Shown piece by piece: positions 29,944 to 40,017 of a stretch of DNA of 64,000 nucleotides. The notes under the pieces are model-generated. The model did not search any database, was not told where the DNA came from, and worked only from the letters and a program-made list of their open reading frames with translations. Made by a program: the position numbers and the translations under genes. Origin of the DNA: an uncultured delta proteobacterium (GTDB lineage Bacteria > Desulfobacterota > Binatia > UBA9968); the NCBI GenBank assembly GCA_963727625.1, contig CAVSHR010000004.1, positions 128,001 through 192,000 on the forward strand. Reading direction: 5' to 3'. Each line of letters opens with the position of its first letter. Within the stretch, counting starts at the first letter, position 1.

Positions 29944-30615
29944 ATGGCAAAAAAATTCACTGTACAATTACGGAGACGCTCGCAGCGCATCTGGCGGGCG
30001 ATCGAAGGCCATGCGTTCTTGCGCGAGCTCCATGCCGGCACCTTGCCGATGAATCGTTTCAGCTATTTTATCCTGCAGGACTACGTCTACCTACTCGACT
30101 TCGCGCAGGTGCTGTGCCTAGGTGGGTCCAAGTCCCCCGATCTCAAAATCCTCGAATTATTTTGCCGCCATGCGCTCGGCGCAGTGGAAGTCGAGCGCAG
30201 CTTCCATGCCGGCTTCGGCAAGAGCTTGGGATTGTCGGGGCAACAATTGGACGCCGTTCCGAAGGGCCCGATTACTCAAGCGTATATTGCCCACCTGCAA
30301 TCGGTGGCGCGAGGCGGCAGTCTCGCCGAGTTGGTCGCCGCGGTGCTTCCCTGTTACTGGATCTACGGCGAAATCGGCCGGCGCCTGTACCGCAACCGCC
30401 CGCGCAAGCCGAAGATTTATCGCGAGTGGATCGAGACCTACGCATCGGAATCCTTTTGGCGGCCGGTGCGCGAGCAAATTCAATTGATGGACAGGCTCGG
30501 CGCCGCTGCCAGCGGCAACGAGAAGAAGCGTCTGACCGAACATTTCATTGTGAGCAGCCGCTACGAATTCATGTTCTGGGACCAGGCCTATCGAGTGGAA
30601 AGTTGGCCGGTCTGA
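29944..30615 (+). CDS. tenA: Thiaminase II
   Basis: ILQDYVYL, LPCYWIYGEI (catalytic Cys), WIETY and YEFMFWD. Confidence 0.9.
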   Translation: MAKKFTVQLRRRSQRIWRAIEGHAFLRELHAGTLPMNRFSYFILQDYVYLLDFAQVLCLGGSKSPDLKILELFCRHALGAVEVERSFHAGFGKSLGLSGQQLDAVPKGPITQAYIAHLQSVARGGSLAELVAAVLPCYWIYGEIGRRLYRNRPRKPKIYREWIETYASESFWRPVREQIQLMDRLGAAASGNEKKRLTEHFIVSSRYEFMFWDQAYRVESWPV

Positions 30616-31136
30616 ATTCTCGCCTTTGCCAAAGAATGCGGTTAAGGAATCGCCCTAGGAACGAGGCTGCGGCGCGGAGAGTTGCGTTTGTGCCTTGTTT
30701 TCGAGCTTCTGCGATGCCAGCAGAATCTCATCTCGGCACTTGATGAGATTCCGGCCAAAGATATTGGGTTTGCTTGTACTCTTGGGTTCCGATAAACTAT
30801 TTTTAGGTCCTGCCTTGATCCTACTGGCGCGCAAGAGGTCGGAGACCGGTTTACAGACTCCTAACGGCATGGACGTCGGCGTGGCTTAAACGCCGAAAGA
30901 TTCCCGGTCTTGCCCAATCATCCCTCTTCCAAGATCCGCAGGCTTTCACTGGCTTGTTTGAAGCGGGGGAGTGATCCATCCACTATTCGTAATCGCCGTA
31001 CCCTGTTAGATTGCCCCGGGGTGACAAGAAATTCGGGACCAAATCCAATGCCGTCTTCGAAAAGGAGACACGATCGAAGGCAACATCGGGGACAATTCCA
31101 GCCGGTAACTGCAGCAACCTTTTGACGTTTTTGCAG

Positions 31137-31463
31137 ATGAAACAAACGCAAAGGAAATCAATGATGGAGTTGGCCAAACGGTTATTTGTCGGAATCAAAA
31201 TCTCGAAGAGTCTGCAACGGGAGTTGGATACCCCAACACCCGGGACCCATCACTACCTCGACGGGGGCGACCATCTCGACGATCTCCAGGTTATCAATTT
31301 AGGAGACCATAGAATCATCGGCAGATATATCGAAGACGGTTGTCCGGCGCAGGCCATCACCGAAGTCGGCCGGAATGTGTGTAGGGTCGTGAAATTGATG
31401 AGCCGTGGACGCATCGAGGAAAACGAGGTTCATATTTACTCGGGTGAAGCCTCCGCGCATTAA
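31137..31463 (+). CDS. Hypothetical protein
   Basis: Protein-like ORF whose stop abuts the next ATG; start uncertain. Confidence 0.6.
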   Translation: MKQTQRKSMMELAKRLFVGIKISKSLQRELDTPTPGTHHYLDGGDHLDDLQVINLGDHRIIGRYIEDGCPAQAITEVGRNVCRVVKLMSRGRIEENEVHIYSGEASAH

Positions 31464-31940
31464 ATGGCCGAGGCTCGTTTCGTTCCCTTGGAGATGTATA
31501 GAATGGATACGATCAATATCAGTTTACGAGACGGTACATTGGTGCGCCATAAGAAGAAGGGATATGAAGGCAGGATTCAAGGGACGACTGGAATCAAAAC
31601 CTGCTTCACGAGAGGCGGTGATTTGTTGGGAGTACCGTCGACCAGGGAGACTTTTCAGTACCGTGTAGTAGTCGTTGGCCAGTCGATGCGACTCATCGCG
31701 CCGATTGAAGATCTAGAAATTCTCGAGGCTTCCGCGGAAATTATATGTATTCGTTGCAACAAATCCTTTCGCACCAATCCGGGTGTGGCGGGAAAAGTCG
31801 GCGGGCGTTGCGCGTGCGGCGGATGGATCTGTCCTCTCTGTCTAGGATGCCAAGCGGATGACGCTGTCAAACTAAAGGTGAAGTCCTGCGTAACCCAGCG
31901 CAAACGAATGCAGAAAAAACTCGCCAATGAAAGGAAATAG
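31464..31940 (+). CDS. Hypothetical protein with SH3-like N-terminus and Cys-rich zinc finger
   Basis: VRHKKKGYEGRI...; CIRC, CACG, CPLCLGC and a further Cys. Confidence 0.7.
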   Translation: MAEARFVPLEMYRMDTINISLRDGTLVRHKKKGYEGRIQGTTGIKTCFTRGGDLLGVPSTRETFQYRVVVVGQSMRLIAPIEDLEILEASAEIICIRCNKSFRTNPGVAGKVGGRCACGGWICPLCLGCQADDAVKLKVKSCVTQRKRMQKKLANERK

Positions 31941-32099
31941 ACTGCCCCAAAACCAGCCATCCAATTGCCGTCGATAATCGTCACTTTTAGACGCCAACTG
32001 CCTTCTATATATTTCTTTTCCGGACCGGCCATCTTCGAAGCGAAGCGGACGCAGGTGATCGTTCTCATGGAGAAGTCGCCCCGAAGTCGGCAGAGGATT

Positions 32100-34844
32100 T
32101 TAGTGCGACGGTTTCGCCGGGTTTTGCCGCATGGTTTTTTCCATCGCTTCCATCTCGATACCAAAGTTTCGCCAGTCGCCTTTCCGTAGCGCATCGAAGG
32201 CACGCCGGTAATGATCGAGTGTTTCAGCGTTGGTTGCCGCGGGCTGCGGCTTGGCGGCGCCGGCAGCAGCGTCCCGTGACGCCGCGGCGGTTGCGACGGC
32301 GGGCGTTTTTCCGCCTTGGCCCGCCAGTGCGGCGAGAAGGCTCGGGACGTCGGTGCTCATAACAACGCGGTCGCCGGCTGTCGCAATGAAACGCTTTAGC
32401 TCGGGTAACTGGCGGCTTTCCGCGCTCAAATAAAGCGGCTCGACATAGAGTATCGTGTCGTCGATGGGGATCACCAGAAGATTTCCTCGGATCACCCGCG
32501 ATCCGGTCTGGTTCCACAGCGAGAGCTGCTGCGAGATCGTCGTGTCTTGGTCGATCCGTGCTTCGATCTGCGCAGGCCCGTAAATCAATTTCTCTTTGGA
32601 GAACGCATACTCGATCACCTTGCCGTAATTCGGACCGTCGCAACGCGCGGCTAACCAGGCGATCATGTTGTCGCGGTTGCGCGGCACCATCGGCAGCATC
32701 AAAATGAATTCCTCTCTGGACTCGCCCGGCAGGCGCATGATCGTGTAGTAGGGCTGCATGGTGATCTGCTGGCCGCCGTAATTCTCCCTCGGAAAACTCC
32801 ACAGATCTTCTTTGTTGTAGAATACCTCAGGATCGGTCATGTGATAGGTCCCGTAAACGCTTGCTTGCACCGCAAAAAGATCCTCCGGATAGCGGATGTG
32901 TTGACGTAAGGCAGCCGGCATGGATTCAATCGGCTCGAACAGCGAGGGGAAAATTTTCTGGTAGGTCAACAGGATAGGATCCGTCGGATCGGCGACATAA
33001 AAGACCGGATTGCCGTCATAAGCGTCAATCGCGATCTTCACCGAATTGCGAATGTAGTTGATGCCGCTGTTCTGATTGGGACGCGAATAGGGTAGCGAGC
33101 TGCTGACCGTGTAGGCATCCTGCAGCCAGACCAGGCGTCCATCGCTGATCACCAAGTAAGGATCGTGATCGAGCAGCAAAAACGGCGCTATACGCTGGAT
33201 CCGCTCCTGGATAATCCGGCGAAACAGAATCTTGCTCGAAGCGGTTATGTTGTCGGTTATCAGCAGCTTGAGATCGCTAAAAGACCAGGCGAATAAAACG
33301 CGTCGCCAAAGGCTGCCCAGCGAAACACCGTCGCGGCCCTGGTAGATGTTATAGACATTCTCCTGTCCCTTGGCGTAGTCGAATTCCTTGGTGTCGCCGC
33401 CCACCACGATGTGATTCGTGGTCTTCTCGCCGAAATAGATCTGCGGGCGCTCGATGCCCAGCTCGGCCGGCGCGGTTGGCGGAATATCTTTGAGCAAAAA
33501 CACCGGTAATCCTTCCTCATCGAATAGGTTCACCGGATTCATAGCCAGGCCGTAGCCGTGGGTAAACTTGAAATGCTGATTGATCCAGGTTTGTGCTTCT
33601 GCGGGCAGCTTCGACTGGTTTAGCTCGCGAGCTGATAACATGACTTGGCGGTAATTGCCGTCGATCACATAGCGATCGACGTCAATATCGTTGAAATCGT
33701 AGTATAACCGAATCTCTTGAAGTTGACGGTAGGTATCCAACAGCGGCCGGGGATCCCACCAGCGGATGTTCTGGATCGTGGCAGCGTTAGCGTCGATCAC
33801 TTCCGGCGTAAGCTTGCCTTTGGCCGGAAAGGGCGCGCGGCTTATGTTATCGAGGCGGAATCCATAACGGGTGAGCGCGATGTGATCGGCAATGTAGGGA
33901 GTCTCCAGGCGCAGCTCATCGGGCTTGACCCAATAGCTTTTGAATACTCCCGGTATGATCGTTGTCGCCAAGGATGCGGCAAAAAACAGCACCACTGCGG
34001 CCGCGGGTAAACGGATGGCACGTTTGCGCATATTGACGATGCAAGCCAGCGCGGCTAAAAGCGAGACGCCCGCCATAATCGACAGCAGTGGCATGCGGAG
34101 ATGAACGTCCGTGTAAGCCGCGCCGAAGATCAAGCCTTGATCGCTGGTCAGCAAATCGTAACGCTGCAGCCAATAACCCCACGTCTTGATGAGAAAAAAG
34201 GCGGCGAGCAATCCAGAAAAATGACTCATGGCGTTGGCGGACAACGCGGGAAACTGTCCTTGCTGGAATTCGACATCACCGCGCAGAGTGTAGACGAGCC
34301 CGGCGAGCGCGGCGCTCAAAAAGACGATCAATAACGCCCAGTCACGAATTACACCGTAGGCCGGGAGCGTAAAAACATAAAATCCTAAATCGTAACCGAA
34401 CAATGGGTCAGTCTTTCCGAACGGCGCGGCATGGAGCCACTTTAAGAAAATCTCCCAATTATTCGCTTGGGCGAAACCAACGAAGACGCCAATCGCCAAT
34501 GCGCTGGCTATCAAAATCAGCCGCCAGGGAAAATTGCCAAGCGACAATTCAATGATTTCGGGAACACCTTCCGCGTTGGGACGAATGACCTTGAAGCCTC
34601 TGGTCGGCCTGATTTTGGCCGAAGTCGTGCCTGCGGCCATGAAGCCGTTGAGCAAGAGAATGGCCGCTGTCAGCACGGCGACGCCGCCGAAGACGGCGAG
34701 CGAGGTAAACCAAACCGTGGTGAATACTTTGTCAAATCCCAGCGAATCGAACCACAACCAGTCGACCAGGAAACGGCTCAACACCAGGATGGCGATCACC
34801 AAAGCGACAAATGCCGCGGCGAAAATGCGAAGGGTTTTTTTCAT
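32100..34844 (-). CDS. UPF0182 family membrane protein
   Basis: DWLWF, DPLFGYDLGFY, IRWWD, DIDVDRY, NYIRNSVK and GNLLVIP motifs. Confidence 0.95.
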   Translation of the reverse strand: MKKTLRIFAAAFVALVIAILVLSRFLVDWLWFDSLGFDKVFTTVWFTSLAVFGGVAVLTAAILLLNGFMAAGTTSAKIRPTRGFKVIRPNAEGVPEIIELSLGNFPWRLILIASALAIGVFVGFAQANNWEIFLKWLHAAPFGKTDPLFGYDLGFYVFTLPAYGVIRDWALLIVFLSAALAGLVYTLRGDVEFQQGQFPALSANAMSHFSGLLAAFFLIKTWGYWLQRYDLLTSDQGLIFGAAYTDVHLRMPLLSIMAGVSLLAALACIVNMRKRAIRLPAAAVVLFFAASLATTIIPGVFKSYWVKPDELRLETPYIADHIALTRYGFRLDNISRAPFPAKGKLTPEVIDANAATIQNIRWWDPRPLLDTYRQLQEIRLYYDFNDIDVDRYVIDGNYRQVMLSARELNQSKLPAEAQTWINQHFKFTHGYGLAMNPVNLFDEEGLPVFLLKDIPPTAPAELGIERPQIYFGEKTTNHIVVGGDTKEFDYAKGQENVYNIYQGRDGVSLGSLWRRVLFAWSFSDLKLLITDNITASSKILFRRIIQERIQRIAPFLLLDHDPYLVISDGRLVWLQDAYTVSSSLPYSRPNQNSGINYIRNSVKIAIDAYDGNPVFYVADPTDPILLTYQKIFPSLFEPIESMPAALRQHIRYPEDLFAVQASVYGTYHMTDPEVFYNKEDLWSFPRENYGGQQITMQPYYTIMRLPGESREEFILMLPMVPRNRDNMIAWLAARCDGPNYGKVIEYAFSKEKLIYGPAQIEARIDQDTTISQQLSLWNQTGSRVIRGNLLVIPIDDTILYVEPLYLSAESRQLPELKRFIATAGDRVVMSTDVPSLLAALAGQGGKTPAVATAAASRDAAAGAAKPQPAATNAETLDHYRRAFDALRKGDWRNFGIEMEAMEKTMRQNPAKPSH

Positions 34845-34956
34845 GACGTCAGTGACTCTGTGCAGAACAGCAACCTCAAACTATCTTATCGCTCGGCCTC
34901 TTGCCAGAGCAAGCAGTGGATTTTTATCGGCGGAATGATTTAGATTCGGTCTTACT

Positions 34957-35931
34957 ATGAGCGAAAAATGGCAGGTTAAGAAGACGGGTCCGGGTTTGGC
35001 GATCGAAGAGATGATCGCAGCCATGCTCGGGGATGATTTTACGGTTGTGGAGTTCAATCCAACCCAAACACTAGCGGAACAAGTCGATAGGGCAAATGTT
35101 TTTCTGGTGCGCAGCGCCCCGGTGACACGCCAAGTGATTGCCGCGGCGCCGCAGCTGCGCTTGATTCAGCGGCCGGGCTTGCACGTAGAAGGGGTGGATC
35201 TTGATTTTGCCGCCGCGCGCGGCATCCCGGTCTGCAATGTGCCGGCTTCGCTCACCCACGGCGGCGAGGACGTCGCCGAACATGTCATGTTTCTCGCCCT
35301 GGCCTTGGCCAAGCGATACCGTGAAGCCCTGGTCTCGCTCGGAGCGCGGCGCATCGGCCAGCCCAGCACTCATGTTCTGCGCGGGAAGGTATTGGGGCTG
35401 GTTGGTATGGGTCGCACAGCCAAGGCAGTGGTGCCGATGGCGCGCGGCCTCGGCATGCGCGTCTGGGCAATCAAACGCGACGTGACCGAGGGCATGCGCG
35501 AGGCGCTGGGGTTGGAGTACTTAGAGACGATGGCTCATCTGCCGCAACTCGTGCGCGAGAGCGATTTCCTATCCTTGCACGTGCCACTGAATAAGCAAAC
35601 CGAAGGCCTATTCGGCGCGACTGAATTCGCGCTGATGAAGCCGAGCGCCTTCTTGATTAACGTCGCTCGCGGGCGGGTGGTGGACCGCGCCGCCCTGCTG
35701 GCGGCGCTGCGCGAGCGGCGACTGGCCGGCGCTGGGTTGGATGTCTACTGGAATGAGCCTATCGATCCTGAGGATTCACTGCTGAGTTTGCCTAACGTCA
35801 TCGCTACACCCCATGTGGCGAATATGACTGCGGAGAGCATCGAGACCATCGCACGGGTATCTGCGGAAAACATTCGCCGGGTCCAGGCGGGACTGGCGCC
35901 GTTGCACCAGGTCGGCAACACTCATTCCTGA
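34957..35931 (+). CDS. D-isomer-specific 2-hydroxyacid dehydrogenase
   Basis: GLVGMGR, LINVARG, AGLDVY..EP and TPHVA. Confidence 0.92.
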   Translation: MSEKWQVKKTGPGLAIEEMIAAMLGDDFTVVEFNPTQTLAEQVDRANVFLVRSAPVTRQVIAAAPQLRLIQRPGLHVEGVDLDFAAARGIPVCNVPASLTHGGEDVAEHVMFLALALAKRYREALVSLGARRIGQPSTHVLRGKVLGLVGMGRTAKAVVPMARGLGMRVWAIKRDVTEGMREALGLEYLETMAHLPQLVRESDFLSLHVPLNKQTEGLFGATEFALMKPSAFLINVARGRVVDRAALLAALRERRLAGAGLDVYWNEPIDPEDSLLSLPNVIATPHVANMTAESIETIARVSAENIRRVQAGLAPLHQVGNTHS

Positions 35932-36081
35932 TCGTTACCGCGAAAACAACGGCAGGAGAGCAGAGGCTTGACTTGCCGGAGAGATTTTCCCAGCTTCAGT
36001 GCGGTCACCGACGCCAGCGAAAAATCGGCGAAGAAAACAGCGGTGCTTAGAGCCGAATAGAAATTGACCGCGCTTTGGGCT

Positions 36082-36390
36082 TCAGCTCTCTTGCTTGGCG
36101 TAGTCGCAACGCGGGCAAACCGGGGGCGAGTTTGCTGACAATACCGGCCAGCCGCAATCCTTGCAGTACTCAATTGGCTCACCCAGCATGCCGCGAACCA
36201 GCGAGCCGCAGCGCCTGCCGCCGCACGGGCCGGTGCCGACGCCGGTGCGTCTGCTCACCTGTTCAAAGGTTTTCGCGCCGGCCTGAATGGCTTTGGCCAC
36301 GGTGCCTTTGCGAATTTTATTGCACAGGCAGGCCGGTTTAAGGTTTTCAATGACCGCCTGCTCTCGGGCTTTGCGTTGTAGTTCGTCGAT
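36082..36390 (-). CDS. BFD-like [2Fe-2S] protein with C-terminal zinc ribbon; probable non-canonical start
   Basis: The frame extends upstream of the track's GTG 36300 to give ACLCNKIRKG...TGVGTGPCGGRRC plus CKDC and CPRC. No ATG/GTG/TTG lies upstream of the CLC; ATC at 36390 follows AAGGATAGG. Confidence 0.75.
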   Translation of the reverse strand: MDELQRKAREQAVIENLKPACLCNKIRKGTVAKAIQAGAKTFEQVSRRTGVGTGPCGGRRCGSLVRGMLGEPIEYCKDCGWPVLSANSPPVCPRCDYAKQES

Positions 36391-36450
36391 GGCGAAGCAC
36401 CTATCCTTTGCTGTAAATCCTCAGTAATTCTAACACAAATTTTCGAGAAA

Positions 36451-37443
36451 CTAGTGATTGACGCCAACGACAAGCGAAGATGTAAGTGGTGCCGGTAACG
36501 CGACCTCGCGCACCTGAGTTAAACCGGCCCGCTCAAGCCAGCCCTTAATCTCGGCGTAACTGTAACACCGCCCGCCCTCGGTGGTGAGCAACATCAGCAT
36601 GCTAAATATCGCGCCTACCGGTGGCTGAACGCGGCTCTCGTCGAGGATGTGATCCTTGATGACGAGTTGTCCCGATGGCTTGAGCCGCTTTGCCAGCTTG
36701 GCGATCAGCAGCTCATTCTTCTCGTGGTTTTCGCCGTGGATAATGTTGGATAAAAAAATTGCGTCGTAATTGCCCGGGATCGGATCGCGGCGATAATCGC
36801 CGGCGACCAGTTCTATCCGCTCGGTCAGGCCGGCCTCGCGCACGTATCCCTCCGTGATCGCCAAAGTTCCCGGCAAGTCGAAAATCGTAGCGCGCAACTC
36901 GTTAAAACGCCGGCACAGGGCGATCGGATAGGTCGCGGGGCCCGACCCGACATCAAGCAGAGTGCGGACCTCGCGCCATTCGAGGGCGTCAATAAGGAAA
37001 TCCGCGTCGCCGCGCGCCTTGACCAGCGAATCCATGGCTTCGACAAAGATCTTAGTCTCGCGCCGATCGTCTTGGTACATATTGGCGGGCCGCACCGCCA
37101 TTCCGGTGCGAATGGCCTCCGGCAGCTGTTCCCAGCAGCTCCACAAAGCCGATTCAAAGCGAATCATGCCGCCGACGTATTGCGCTGAGCGTTGGATCAG
37201 ATAAGTGTTCGCGTCTGCAGAAAGGGAAAACAATTCGCCCTGTTTGTGCAGCAGTTCCAGCGCGCTCAGGGCGTTCAGCAGCAACTCTGTGGCTCTGAAT
37301 TCGAGGTTTAATTGTCCGGCGATATTGGCCGCGGGGAGGGCCGCGCCATCCAAGGCCTCGAAAACTTTCAATTCCAGGGCGGTTTGCACGATGCGCGCTT
37401 GCACATGGCCGCTCGCCAGGCTCATCAGTTGATAGAAGCTCAT
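36451..37443 (-). CDS. SAM-dependent O-methyltransferase with dimerisation domain
   Basis: LLDVGSGP, FDLP, AGDY and LSNIIH. Confidence 0.9.
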   Translation of the reverse strand: MSFYQLMSLASGHVQARIVQTALELKVFEALDGAALPAANIAGQLNLEFRATELLLNALSALELLHKQGELFSLSADANTYLIQRSAQYVGGMIRFESALWSCWEQLPEAIRTGMAVRPANMYQDDRRETKIFVEAMDSLVKARGDADFLIDALEWREVRTLLDVGSGPATYPIALCRRFNELRATIFDLPGTLAITEGYVREAGLTERIELVAGDYRRDPIPGNYDAIFLSNIIHGENHEKNELLIAKLAKRLKPSGQLVIKDHILDESRVQPPVGAIFSMLMLLTTEGGRCYSYAEIKGWLERAGLTQVREVALPAPLTSSLVVGVNH

Positions 37444-38045
37444 GCTGATTTAGCGGTGTGGCCTGGACCTTGGGCGCGGGGATTCTGGCCGGCGTTCGTA
37501 GCTCATCGGATCAAGAAAAATTTCTCCCTTCGTCAGACTGAGTAAGAGCACTAAATCGAGGTTTTAGTACGGATGAGGAAAGGAGATCAAGGATTTAGTT
37601 CACGAGCGATCGGGAGTGGAGCAGAGGTCAAAATCAACTCGGCGATTTTCAAACCACGCGAGCAGCTTTTCGACGCCGGCCTACAAGTTCAAGCGGATAC
37701 TGAACCTCAGCTGGAGGTCAAAGGCTTGATTGCCGCACTCTATGAGCGGCCTAGCCGCCTATTTGCGGGGGATCTGGTCCATGCAGCGAAGCTTAAATGG
37801 CAAAAGGGCCGAAGACCGAGGTCGCCCTCATGTTTCGCGCAATTCAGACAAATTTTGCTCCTCATTGCAGGACGATAGCCAGAGTTTTCACGCAGTCGGA
37901 CACTCGAAATGACAACTTAGGGGTCTGTCGTCCCGAACCAAAAGAGCGATCTAGCCGAAACTGAGCCATTACCGGTGCCGACGGCTTTTCTGGCTGCTCT
38001 CGATTTGCTAGATTACGAATAGAAATTTCAGTTATGTGAGGGCCT

Positions 38046-38516
38046 ATGGAATCACTGACTCGGCGGCGTTTTAATATTATGGTTGTGTCCGTTTTGCTTT
38101 TGTACCCCTGGAATGACGTTTATGCGCAGGCAAAACCCGCCGTGCAAGCCATCACGGTTTACAAGACACCGACTTGAGGCTGCTGCGATGGCTGGGTCAG
38201 CCATCTGCAAAAAAACGGTTTCAAAGTTGAAAAGAAAATCCTCTTCGGCAAAAGCTTTACCGATTTCAAGCGCAAGCACGGCGTGCCGGAAAGGTTTTAC
38301 GCATGTCACACCGCGCTGATCGGCGGCTACGTGATCGAGGGGCATGTGCCGGTCGATTTGATTTATAAACTTCTAAAAGAGAAACCGGCGGTGGTCGGTT
38401 TGGTTGTGCCGGGCATGCCTGCGGGCTCGCCGGGGATGGAAGACGGCCGGACGGAACCTTATGAAGTTTTGACTTTCGATAAGAACGGGCGCACAACGGT
38501 GTACGCGAAACGGTAG
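38046..38516 (+). CDS. DUF411 (CopG-like) metal-binding protein, predicted selenoprotein (UGA codon 44, UGCC motif)
   Basis: Continuous frame MESLTRRRF...VYKTPT-TGA-GCCDGW...CHTA...EGHVP...VPGMPAGSPGME. TGA 38175-38177 sits at the first Cys of the YKxPxCGCC motif, and a SECIS-like hairpin follows. Confidence 0.85.
38184..38209 (+). promoter_or_regulatory. Candidate bacterial SECIS element
   Basis: Perfect 8-bp stem GATGGCTG/CAGCCATC with a GGT loop starting 18 nt after the UGA, extended by TGC/GCA with a bulged T. Confidence 0.7.
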
Positions 38517-38537
38517 AAACAAGGACGTGTCGGCGTA

Positions 38538-39560
38538 ATGGAGTATGAATCAGTGAAAATCAAATCCTGCGCGATATTAATGAGTCGCTTAATGGTGTGC
38601 GCGTTGTTTTTCGCCTTGGTCTCAACCTCGTTCGCTCAGGAAAAGAAAAATATTCGGATGGTCTTCGTCAGCCTCGCCTGGAACAGCGAGATCCCGTTCC
38701 GGGTTGCGAAGGTACGCGGGTTCTTCAAGCAGCAAGGGCTCCAGGTCGAGCCTATTTTGATCCGTGGTGGACCGGCCGCGATCGCTGCGCTCGTTTCCGG
38801 CCAAGTCGACTTCGCGGCCATCGGCGGGGCGCAGGCGGTGTTCCGCAGTCGGGCGCGCGGCCTGGAATTGTCGATCATCGGCTGTACCTCGAGCACGACG
38901 AATTACATTCTGCTCGGCGACAAGCAGACGCGAACGGTGGAAGAGCTCAAGGGAAAGACGATCGGGGTTACGGGAGCGGGCACTTACTCCGAATTCGCCG
39001 TAAGGACCTTTCTGAAGAAACACAACATCAACCCGGATAAGGACGTGGTTTTGCGTGCCATCGGTGGCACGGTGTTACGCGCGGCGGCGATGGAGAAGGG
39101 GCTCATCGCGGCGGCGCCGTTTTCCACCGAGGACGGCGTGCGGCTCATCAAAGCAGGCTATTCGGTAATCAGCAACATGAGCGAGTCCTTGGGCATTCCG
39201 CAGAATATCTTGGTGACACGCAGCGAAGTTTTGGAAAAATATCCCGAGAGTACAAAGCGAATGCTCAAAGCGTATATTCAAGGGATCAACCTCGCCAAGT
39301 TCAACAAGAAGGAAGCGATCAAAGCGGGCTACGAATCGGGCTTGAAGGGAGATCCTGAGATCGTCAGCGCGGCCTGGGATCTCTACTCGCCGGGACTGAC
39401 GTCGGATCTGTCCATCGCGACGGCCGGACTGCAGCAGATGCTCGACGAGGACATTCGCACGGGTTTGGTGGATAAGTCTTTTACCCTCGACCGAGTGGTC
39501 AACGACCGGATTCTCAAGATCGCGCAGCAGGAGCTCAGAGCCGAAGGCCGGATCAAGTAA
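38538..39560 (+). CDS. ABC transporter substrate-binding protein (NitT/TauT, SsuA/THI5-like)
   Basis: Signal peptide; GFFKQQGLQVEPI, AALVSGQVDF and ELKGKTIGV. Confidence 0.9.
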   Translation: MEYESVKIKSCAILMSRLMVCALFFALVSTSFAQEKKNIRMVFVSLAWNSEIPFRVAKVRGFFKQQGLQVEPILIRGGPAAIAALVSGQVDFAAIGGAQAVFRSRARGLELSIIGCTSSTTNYILLGDKQTRTVEELKGKTIGVTGAGTYSEFAVRTFLKKHNINPDKDVVLRAIGGTVLRAAAMEKGLIAAAPFSTEDGVRLIKAGYSVISNMSESLGIPQNILVTRSEVLEKYPESTKRMLKAYIQGINLAKFNKKEAIKAGYESGLKGDPEIVSAAWDLYSPGLTSDLSIATAGLQQMLDEDIRTGLVDKSFTLDRVVNDRILKIAQQELRAEGRIK

Positions 39561-39562
39561 GC

Positions 39563-39991
39563 ATGACGGTCAATCAAACGGAGACTGAGGCAACGCCGGA
39601 AGTCGCGTTGCGACAGGTGAGTACGGAACCCGATCGAGTAAAGCGGTTTTGGAGCATTGCTTGGGTTGTCGAGAACAAAGGGGCCCATACACTGGAAATT
39701 TTCGCCGTGCGTTTACCGCACGGCCAGTTCAAGTCGGAGGAACATCGGTTCGAGCCCGCGCTGAAGCTGGCAGCAGGACAAAGCGATGAGTTTAAGACCC
39801 TGGTGCGGTGCGACGAGCCAGCCGGACTCGTCACTGAAAATGCTTTCGTCATTTTTTCAGTAATCTGGTCAGAGCAGGCGTGGCGCATCTTCGTGCGGAT
39901 TCGCGTCGTGGTCAATTCTGAAGGCGAGCCTGTGACGGTGACCGAATCGGTCACGACTCAGATGGCCGGATTCTCGGGCGTGACAGCGTAG
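39563..39991 (+). CDS. Hypothetical protein (beta-rich, possibly Ig-like)
   Basis: Starts 2 nt after the SBP stop; 142 aa with alternating hydrophobic strands. Confidence 0.7.
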   Translation: MTVNQTETEATPEVALRQVSTEPDRVKRFWSIAWVVENKGAHTLEIFAVRLPHGQFKSEEHRFEPALKLAAGQSDEFKTLVRCDEPAGLVTENAFVIFSVIWSEQAWRIFVRIRVVVNSEGEPVTVTESVTTQMAGFSGVTA

Positions 39992-40017
39992 AGTGAACGC
40001 TTTCGAGGAATACTGAA

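Noticed and set aside
37573-37980. 101-aa ORF and REP-like palindromic fragments upstream of DUF411
   Set aside because: No motif support for the ORF, and the repeats are too degenerate to call from this window alone.
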